A stretch of 51,417 nucleotides of DNA, from NCBI GenBank assembly GCA_017407285.1, contig JAFQWW010000065.1, positions 1-51,417 of the forward strand, in the 5' to 3' direction. The stretch comes from Clostridia bacterium. GTDB lineage: Bacteria; Bacillota; Clostridia; Christensenellales; RUG350. The notes beneath the pieces were generated by a model. That model was not told the DNA's origin. It worked only from the letters and a program-made list of their open reading frames with translations, and did no database searches. This document shows positions 44,533 through 51,417 of this stretch, one piece after another. Each line of letters opens with the position of its first letter. Within the stretch, counting starts at the first letter, position 1. The translations under genes and the position numbers were made by a program.

Positions 44533-45132
44533 TTATATCATTTTTGCCAAATGCGGAACTATATCGTCCATATTTGCATCCGTCGTATTTATACAAACGT
44601 CGTAGTTGAGTTTATCCCCCCAGGTTTGACCGGTGTAAAAATCGTAATACTTCGCGCGGTTTTTATCAATAGACTTTATAAGTTTTATATACTCTTTATC
44701 CGTCTTCTCGATCCCGCTCTCGTCACGCTTTTTACATCTCTCCACCTTGCTTTTCTCGTCCGCGTATACGAATATTTTGAAAGGATCGTACTCTCGCAAA
44801 ACGTAATCGGCGCAACGACCTACTATAACGCAGTCCGATTTTTCCGCAAACTCTTTTAATAATTTGCACTGCTCGGCGTACACTGCGCTACTTTGAATAA
44901 CGGTAGAGGTGTTGACGTTTAGAAAACTTCTGCCAACGTGCACGGGATAGGAAAACACGGGACGGCGCTCCACGATAGTCTTGACGTAACGCTCGGATAA
45001 TTCGGTGCGCTTTGCTATCTCGGTAATAATTTCTTTGTCGTAATAAGCAAAACCCAACTCTTCCGCAAGCTTTCTACCAATCTCACGACCACCGCTTCCA
45101 AACTCTCTGCCTATAGTGATAATTTTATTCAT
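44533..45132 (-). CDS. Cytidylate-kinase-like family protein (P-loop)
   Basis: The N-terminus MNKIITIGREFGSGGREIGRKLAEELGFAYYDKEII is typical of this family. Confidence 0.75.
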   Translation of the reverse strand: MNKIITIGREFGSGGREIGRKLAEELGFAYYDKEIITEIAKRTELSERYVKTIVERRPVFSYPVHVGRSFLNVNTSTVIQSSAVYAEQCKLLKEFAEKSDCVIVGRCADYVLREYDPFKIFVYADEKSKVERCKKRDESGIEKTDKEYIKLIKSIDKNRAKYYDFYTGQTWGDKLNYDVCINTTDANMDDIVPHLAKMI

Positions 45133-45222
45133 ATCGCCACCTCCGATATTATTATATCACACTTTTTTAGTGATTTCAAGAGGGAATATTGTCGTTTTAC
45201 TAAGGACAAACAAATACGACTA

Positions 45223-45906
45223 TTACAAAATATCTATTATATCTACGAGTTTGTAAACTATTTTATCCGCACAAGACTGACTTTCGTCCTCTCGTCTATG
45301 GTTAAACCATATAGTTTTCATACCATAATCGTGCGCCCCTCTAACGTCTGCGGTCAAAGAGTCTCCTATCATATAGGTTTGCCCCGCCACGATTTCGGGG
45401 AGGCTCGCAAAACAACCGTCAAAAAACTCTCGTTTGGGTTTCGCTACCCCTATATCTCCCGACACGAAGATATGGTCAACGTATTTAATAAGACCAATCT
45501 CGGTGAGTTTTCTATCCTGTTGACCGACGGGGGCGTTACTAGCTATACACACCACGTACTTTTTACTCAAATACGATAAGAGTTCTTCTGCGCCCTCCAT
45601 TTTGACCGCTATCTCTCTCAATCTTTTCCAGAAAACGGATTCAAAGGTAGGACCGTCAAAGTCCACGCCTAATGCGTCAAATATCTTAACCCAACGAATC
45701 TCGTGAAGTTTTTCAAAACTTAATTCCCCTCTTTCCAAACTTCTCCACAACTCGTCGTTAATTTTGAAGAAAACGGATAAAGCGTTGTCTGGTAGAGTCA
45801 AAGAAAAAGCCTCACACGCCTCGTCAAGGGAACGCTTGGCGCACGCCTTAAAATCAAGCAAGGTATCGTCCGCGTCTATAAATACTGCTCTATCTTTTCC
45901 TATCAT
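45223..45906 (-). CDS. HAD-superfamily hydrolase (subfamily IA, YjjG-like)
   Basis: It has the DxD motif FIDADDTLLDF and a late GDS motif (IGDSLTADVRGA). Confidence 0.75.
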   Translation of the reverse strand: MIGKDRAVFIDADDTLLDFKACAKRSLDEACEAFSLTLPDNALSVFFKINDELWRSLERGELSFEKLHEIRWVKIFDALGVDFDGPTFESVFWKRLREIAVKMEGAEELLSYLSKKYVVCIASNAPVGQQDRKLTEIGLIKYVDHIFVSGDIGVAKPKREFFDGCFASLPEIVAGQTYMIGDSLTADVRGAHDYGMKTIWFNHRREDESQSCADKIVYKLVDIIDIL

Positions 45907-46544
45907 AATATTCCTGCATCTCCCATTTTTTGGACGAAAACGTCGGCTTCACTCATCAATTTATCCAAAAATCCTTTTCCCGACTCGTCGTATACGCCAA
46001 CTGCAAACATTCCTGCCTGCTTTACGGTGCGAATAACCTCTAAATTGTCGTCAAAAAAGGCAATTTTATTTTTCTCTACCCCTAGTTCTTGAGCAATCTC
46101 GTCGTATATCTTGGGGTTGGCTTTGGTCATAGCGTAGTCGTCGCAAGTTCGGACTAAATCAAAACTATCCCACAAACCCCAACGCTTTATGCACCCATCT
46201 ATTCGAGAATGTGCGCTAGCCGTCAAAACTGCCGTCTTTTTGCCCAATTTTTTCAAAGATTTAACGTATTCTATTACGCTCTCTTTGGCTTGAACCTTTT
46301 CTAGATACCTAGGCGTGGTGTACTCTACAACCATTTGTCTGAGTTCTTCCGCCGAGTATTTCATTCCGGGCATTTTCTCAAGATATTTCGTGCCACCAAC
46401 GTCCCCTAAAGGGGTAAGTATTTCTATTATATTTTCGGGATACTCTACCCCACTCTTTTTAATGGCTTGCATCATACCCTCGGACCACGTGGGCATAGAG
46501 TCGGCTAAAGTTCCGTCAAAATCAAATATATACGCCTCTATCAT
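45903..46544 (-). CDS. HAD-superfamily phosphatase (beta-phosphoglucomutase-like)
   Basis: It has the motif IFDFDGTLADS. It overlaps both neighbouring genes by 4 nt. Confidence 0.75.
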   Translation of the reverse strand: MIEAYIFDFDGTLADSMPTWSEGMMQAIKKSGVEYPENIIEILTPLGDVGGTKYLEKMPGMKYSAEELRQMVVEYTTPRYLEKVQAKESVIEYVKSLKKLGKKTAVLTASAHSRIDGCIKRWGLWDSFDLVRTCDDYAMTKANPKIYDEIAQELGVEKNKIAFFDDNLEVIRTVKQAGMFAVGVYDESGKGFLDKLMSEADVFVQKMGDAGIL

Positions 46545-47245
46545 AATTCTGATTTCAAAAATTCAATGTCGTTTATGAGTATGCCGTCTACCTCGTACTC
46601 TTTCATTTTTTTAATACCCTCTTTTGTGGTAACGCCTACCCATTCGTCGTGACCAACTACGTCGCGACCAACCATTATCCAAAGTTCTTTACCCGTGTTT
46701 TTAACCCTTTTTACGTTTTCTTCGCTCATCCAAGTTTCCCAAAGTCTTATATAATCAACTCCGGCGTGAGCAAACTCTTCTATATCGTCCACGGTGGGCA
46801 TAAAGGCTAAAACTTTGAGGTTTTTGTCAAAGCTTTTTATCTTCCGAACACCCTCTATTTTAGGTACGCCAAAGGTAACCTTGTCTAAATAATCGTATTT
46901 TTGAAGAATAGCCAACAAATCGTCCAAAACTTCGCAGTCCTTAACGTGAATAAGCAAAGGATAAACTCCACATTTTAGATAATCTTCAAAGGTATGAGAA
47001 CAAAAATCGGGATTGTTTTTATGACGAAGTGCTCTAAATTCCTCTTCCGTCATATCGGATATGAGTTTATCCACTCCAAATACTCTATAAGCGTTTGGAT
47101 CGTGCATGCACGCAAGTTTTTTATCCTTTGTGTATCTAACGTCCATCTCCGCCATGTCCGCACCCGACTCTATAGCGTGACGGGCGGACTGTATAGTTTG
47201 TTCGGGATACTTATTCGGTCCTGCTCTATGCGCAATTATTCTCAT
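46541..47245 (-). CDS. Glycerophosphodiester phosphodiesterase (GDPD) family protein
   Basis: The start is trimmed to the ATG at 47245 (MRIIAHRAGP...), preceded by AAAAGGAGGG. It has the motifs HRAG and EMDV. Confidence 0.75.
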   Translation of the reverse strand: MRIIAHRAGPNKYPEQTIQSARHAIESGADMAEMDVRYTKDKKLACMHDPNAYRVFGVDKLISDMTEEEFRALRHKNNPDFCSHTFEDYLKCGVYPLLIHVKDCEVLDDLLAILQKYDYLDKVTFGVPKIEGVRKIKSFDKNLKVLAFMPTVDDIEEFAHAGVDYIRLWETWMSEENVKRVKNTGKELWIMVGRDVVGHDEWVGVTTKEGIKKMKEYEVDGILINDIEFLKSEL

Positions 47246-48341
47246 TTTCGCCCTCCTTTTTGTCAAACTCACTCGTTTTATTACTCTTTCTTTGATACAA
47301 ATAATAGGCTAACACCACACCACATACGCCGGATAATAGTTTTCCTACTATCATCGCGGGTAGATACGCCGAATTTATAGCCATAGTGAACGCTAGATGA
47401 CCAACGAAACAAAAAGCCCCTGCCGGCGCAAACGCGGAGTTTAAGACTAAGCCTCGCTCGTCCATTTTATCAAACATTTCACTCTGCAACACGAATGAAC
47501 CCGCGCACGCCAAAAAACCTAAGGTTGCGGTTTCGTTGATTTTGAGTTTTTTGCCTAGTGCGCCCATAGGTTTGTTGACCAACTTTTTAATAACCCAAAG
47601 CATAGGAAACGCGCCCGTCATAACGCACGCTGCGTTTATAATAACGACGTTAGACTCTATAAAATCCGCAATTCCCTCTATCACGGTCATATCGGATAAG
47701 AAGGTTATAATTCCTATGACCAAACCTATGGTTATAAGCGCTTTTATAAAAATGCCGAATATTTTAAAAACCTTGACCGTTGCACGCTCAAACTTTACGA
47801 TAAAGAATGCAAGTAGGGCGGATATTAAAATCAAGGGTATAAGGTTTAACAATAATGCAACAAAATCTAACCCTAGCATCAAACCTGCCACGATACACCC
47901 AACGGGAATAGTTACGATACCACAAAGAAACCCGAAAATCATATTTTTGTGGTGTTTTTTATCCACCGTTTCCAGAGCGTACGGCAAGGAAAAAGAGATG
48001 AGTGCGCCCATCATGGAAGCAACTATCAATCCGTTAAACAAGCCCATTTCGAGAGAATTGGATAGCGCCGTACTCAACGCCACTGCGCCCATATCGTTTG
48101 CTATCAATATTGAAGGAATTATGGAAAAATCAAGAAAATCAGGAAAGATGCCCGAGATACTCGATAAAGCGTTAGCAATTACGGGGGCTAGCACGAGCAT
48201 ACCCGTCATAGACAAAAACATAGGACCTAAGAGTCTTGCGCCTTTTTCAAACTCTTCTCCTATGCCGATTTTGTTTCCTATTATTCTGTCTACCGCGCCA
48301 AGAGTGGTAAACGCCAACATTATATAAGTTACTATTTCCAT
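47226..48341 (-). CDS. eutH: EutH-family (ethanolamine-utilisation-type) permease
   Basis: The N-terminus IMLAFTTLGAVDRIIGNKIGIGEEFEKG and the polytopic profile match EutH as I recall it. Confidence 0.75.
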   Translation of the reverse strand: MEIVTYIMLAFTTLGAVDRIIGNKIGIGEEFEKGARLLGPMFLSMTGMLVLAPVIANALSSISGIFPDFLDFSIIPSILIANDMGAVALSTALSNSLEMGLFNGLIVASMMGALISFSLPYALETVDKKHHKNMIFGFLCGIVTIPVGCIVAGLMLGLDFVALLLNLIPLILISALLAFFIVKFERATVKVFKIFGIFIKALITIGLVIGIITFLSDMTVIEGIADFIESNVVIINAACVMTGAFPMLWVIKKLVNKPMGALGKKLKINETATLGFLACAGSFVLQSEMFDKMDERGLVLNSAFAPAGAFCFVGHLAFTMAINSAYLPAMIVGKLLSGVCGVVLAYYLYQRKSNKTSEFDKKEGENENNCA

Positions 48342-48406
48342 ACCTTTCCTCGTAGAGATATAATATCACAACTAGAACTATTTTTCAATTAAATTGAAAA
48401 TTTTAA

Positions 48407-48435
48407 TTGATTTTATTTATTCAATGTACTACAAT
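48407..48435 (+). promoter_or_regulatory. Candidate sigma-A promoter of the second AEC transporter gene
   Basis: The sequence reads TTGATT-17 nt-TACAAT and ends 17 nt before the ATG at 48453. Confidence 0.45.
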
Positions 48436-48452
48436 ATCCAAAGAGGTTTAAT

Positions 48453-49391
48453 ATGTTTGAAACTACGCTAAATCAAATGTGCGTTATGGCGCTATTTATA
48501 CTAATTGGTTTTATCTTGGTTAAGGTCAAAGTCGTTGGTCAAAACGGCGCGACTGTTTTGTCCAAACTTGAGAACAACGTCTTTATCCCTGCCCTTGTTT
48601 TGATAACCTTTATCGAAGGATTTACGGTGGAATCGCTATCTTCATTTTGGATGCTTTTGCTCTTTGCCCTCGTCGTTCAACTAATAGCCATTCCCTTAGC
48701 CATTTTTCTTGCTCGACTCGCATCAAAATCAGATTACATCAGAAAGATTTACACCTACGGACTCTCATTTTCCAACTTTGGCTTTATGGGTATCCCCGTA
48801 GTCAGCGCCCTATTTCCTCAGTACGCTATGGAATATATCGTGTTTACCCTCCCCTTTTGGACCATTATCTACGTGTGGGGCGTGCCCAACCTTTTGATGG
48901 ACAAAAAAGGAAAGGGAATATTCAGTTCTTTGAAAAACCTAGTAAACCCTATGTTCATAGCCCTTATAATCGGCGCAATCATCGGTATATCGGGTATCAA
49001 ACTCCCCGATTTTGCACTCACCGTTATAGGCTCGCTTGAGTCTTGTATGTCGCCCTTGGCGATGATCATCACGGGTATCATATTTGCAAACGCAAATTTC
49101 AAAAAGATATTTACCGATTGGAGCATTTATTTCGTCTCTATATTAAGACTAATAGTGCTCCCCTTGTTATTCACTGGACTATACCTTCTCGTCACGAATA
49201 TAATCGGTCTAGCTCTTCCCAATTACTTCAAGATTCTTTTAGTTTGCGCTTGGTCCATGCCACTAGGTCTCAACACCATAGTCGTCCCGTCCGCTTACGG
49301 AAAAGACACGACCACTGCCGCGGGAATGAGTTTGATATCTCACGTATTGAGCCTTGGAACAATCCCACTTATGTTAACCATGCTTTTATAA
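48453..49391 (+). CDS. AEC (auxin efflux carrier) family transporter
   Basis: The protein is 312 aa and polytopic. It is a paralogue in architecture of the 10621..11601 product. Confidence 0.75.
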   Translation: MFETTLNQMCVMALFILIGFILVKVKVVGQNGATVLSKLENNVFIPALVLITFIEGFTVESLSSFWMLLLFALVVQLIAIPLAIFLARLASKSDYIRKIYTYGLSFSNFGFMGIPVVSALFPQYAMEYIVFTLPFWTIIYVWGVPNLLMDKKGKGIFSSLKNLVNPMFIALIIGAIIGISGIKLPDFALTVIGSLESCMSPLAMIITGIIFANANFKKIFTDWSIYFVSILRLIVLPLLFTGLYLLVTNIIGLALPNYFKILLVCAWSMPLGLNTIVVPSAYGKDTTTAAGMSLISHVLSLGTIPLMLTMLL

Positions 49392-49409
49392 TTCAAACTA
49401 AAAAGTCCT

Positions 49410-49580
49410 CTTTGTCGCAATCTAACGCAAAACTTGTTTTGCATATCACTTTTAGCCACAAGGCTAAAAATATAACTATATTAACCTAATCTTTTGTGGT
49501 AAAGATAAAGCCCACTACATTTCGCATTTTTGCGAAGTTAGTGGGCTATACTTTTGTATTAAACTAAAATTCCCTAAGAG
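49410..49580 (+). repeat. Intergenic hairpin-chain repeat element, copy 2
   Basis: It has the same orientation and block order as 42830..43005. It is bracketed by AAAAAGTCCT (49400-49409) and AGGACTTTTT (49584-49593). Confidence 0.75.
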
Positions 49581-49624
49581 AAAAGGACTTTTTTTATACT
49601 CTAATTTAAAAACTTTCTTTTTCT

Positions 49625-51417
49625 TTAACAAGTCTTGCAGTTTTGAAAGACTATTTCGCCCATTTTTCTATCTATTTCTTCCGCTAGTTGATTATCCGTC
49701 AATTTACAATGTTCTAATAAGTCTTTCATAGAACCGTGCTCAACGTATTCTTCAATTGCTCTAACAAATATTGTTTTAGTATCCTTCTTAAGATTTGCGG
49801 ACAGCTTTTCACCTACACCACCCGAAAAAACACCTTCCTCTACAATGTAGATCAATTTTGCTTTGCTCGTTAATTTATCAATTAAACTATAGTTTATAGG
49901 AAAAATTTGCTTCAATTTAATCATTCCTATTGAGTACTTGTCTTTCAATAATTCCAAAGCACCGTATGCTTGACGCGAAATACGACCATATGTAATAATA
50001 ACGATTTCTTTTGACGAAACGTTTTCCGTATAACAACAAAAATTCTCTTTATCGTCCACAAAAACTGCTCTTTTTTCATATTCAACTTGCTCAACACCTT
50101 TCGGATACCGAATAATACTCAATCCGCTATTATCCAATGCGCAATCAAAAAAATTTTCCAAATCCTTATATGATTCGGGAGCAAAAATCGTAACATTGGG
50201 TAGTGAAGAAAATATAGAATAATCAAATATACCTTGATGTGTGATTCCGTCTCCGGGCACTATTCCGCAACGATCTAAGGCTAATATCATTGGTAACTTT
50301 TGTATACAAACGTCGTGAAATATTTGATCGTATATTCTTTGCGAAAAGGTGGAGTATAGCATTAATATAGGTTTCATTCCGTTTACCGCCAATCCACTCG
50401 CAAAAGTAACTGCATGTTCTTCTGCTATACCCACGTCAAAAAAACGATCGGGGTATTTGTTAGAAAACTCACTCAGTCCCGTTCCGTCACACATTGCTGC
50501 GGTAATTGCGCATACTTTATCATTACTATTAGCCAATCTACACGCGCTCTCCCCTGCAATCGACGAAAAAGTTTTTAAATCTGAAGTACTACTTACACCA
50601 TTCTCAATATCAAATGGACCAACGGAATGATAAAGTTCAGGGTGTTCTTCGGCATGTTTATATCCCAAACCTTTTATCGTCCTCATATGGATTACGCACG
50701 CGGAATTTTTCTTTTTCGCTTCTTCTAAAACTGTTAACAGTTTTTCTATATCATTTCCATCAACTGGGCCCAAATACGTAAGCCCTATATCTTCAAACAA
50801 CGTATTCTTTAGAAAGCATTTTCTAAAAAAATTTTTCAAAGCGCGGAACGCTCTTGCTAGCACCTTGCCAATTAAAGGGATATGATTTAATAGCCCCTCG
50901 AAAGTTCTCTTAAAGGAAAAATAACGTTTGCTCGTGCGTATTGATGAAAGGTATGAATGTAATCCACCTACGTTTTTTGATATAGACATTTCATTATCAT
51001 TTATCAAAATTATTAGTTTCAAGCACTTGTCCGCACAATTATTTAATGCCTCATATATCATTCCATTAGTTAGTGCGCCATCTCCTACCACCGCAATCGT
51101 GTAAGCCTCGTTTCCTTGTAGTTTGTTTGCAATAGCCACCCCTAAGGCAGATGAAATGGACGTACCACAATGTCCTTCGTTTAAAACGTCGTATTTGCTT
51201 TCTTTTCGGTTACAAAAACCCGACAATCCGTTATATTGGCGTAACGTATGGAATTGAGAATCTCTACCTGTGAGTAATTTATGTGTATAACATTGATGAC
51301 CTACGTCAAATATTAATTTATCTCTATCTAAATCGAAAGCTTTATGAATAGCAATCGTTGCTTCTACCATACCTAAGTTTGATGCAAGGTGTCCTCCGTT
51401 TTTCGATACGGTATGAA
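49625..51417 (-). CDS. dxs: 1-deoxy-D-xylulose-5-phosphate synthase (5' end outside the window)
   Basis: The reading frame stays open to the window edge (...GGHLASNLGMVEATIAIHKAFD...). The Dxs blocks GHQCYTHKLLTGR and the TPP-binding GDGALTNGM are present. Confidence 0.9.
   Translation of the reverse strand, partial: HTVSKNGGHLASNLGMVEATIAIHKAFDLDRDKLIFDVGHQCYTHKLLTGRDSQFHTLRQYNGLSGFCNRKESKYDVLNEGHCGTSISSALGVAIANKLQGNEAYTIAVVGDGALTNGMIYEALNNCADKCLKLIILINDNEMSISKNVGGLHSYLSSIRTSKRYFSFKRTFEGLLNHIPLIGKVLARAFRALKNFFRKCFLKNTLFEDIGLTYLGPVDGNDIEKLLTVLEEAKKKNSACVIHMRTIKGLGYKHAEEHPELYHSVGPFDIENGVSSTSDLKTFSSIAGESACRLANSNDKVCAITAAMCDGTGLSEFSNKYPDRFFDVGIAEEHAVTFASGLAVNGMKPILMLYSTFSQRIYDQIFHDVCIQKLPMILALDRCGIVPGDGITHQGIFDYSIFSSLPNVTIFAPESYKDLENFFDCALDNSGLSIIRYPKGVEQVEYEKRAVFVDDKENFCCYTENVSSKEIVIITYGRISRQAYGALELLKDKYSIGMIKLKQIFPINYSLIDKLTSKAKLIYIVEEGVFSGGVGEKLSANLKKDTKTIFVRAIEEYVEHGSMKDLLEHCKLTDNQLAEEIDRKMGEIVFQNCKTC

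Overview
This is a 51.4-kb chromosomal window from what looks like a Gram-positive, anaerobic, probably spore-forming Clostridia-like bacterium. That assignment is inferred from gene content: an ecfA1-ecfA2-ecfT-truA operon, PFL with its activase, a BclA-like collagen protein, a membrane-anchored M23 protein, GGAGG-type RBSs and many A-run/hairpin/T-run terminators. I support about 41 protein genes. Most are housekeeping or transport genes: tkt, serA/serC, the ECF module, truA, pflBA, fucO, rhaA, a GH29 fucosidase, ispDF, partial dxs, putP, an NCS2 purine permease, a MATE transporter, two AEC transporters, and an AGCS symporter behind a glycine riboswitch. An eutH-GDPD-HAD-HAD operon is also present. 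Accessory secreted or surface genes are interspersed:
- a 1548-aa multidomain secreted protein preceded by an unannotated 55-aa ORF;
- an LRR protein with a glycine-rich lipoprotein and a divergent XRE regulator;
- a collagen-like, BclA-type protein;
- a ~1050-aa Ala/Asp/Glu-rich helical surface protein.
I saw no rRNA, tRNA, CRISPR array, transposase, integrase or reverse transcriptase.

The observations most worth a second look:
1. The helical surface-protein gene is split by a single in-frame TAA.
2. The 55-aa ORF has a RiPP-leader-like YxxPxLxxxG motif.
3. A family of intergenic hairpin-chain elements has variable stems joined by ATAAC-type linkers. It occurs at three loci, and two copies show compensatory stem changes.
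4. Transketolase carries a 51-aa Cys/Asp/Glu-rich C-terminal tail.
5. Mirrored GC-palindrome/TATAAT modules bracket the surface-protein locus, and one points at an unannotated structured region.

I could not identify a complete, clearly novel multi-gene system from the sequence alone. All product calls rest on motif recognition by eye, because no searches were run.
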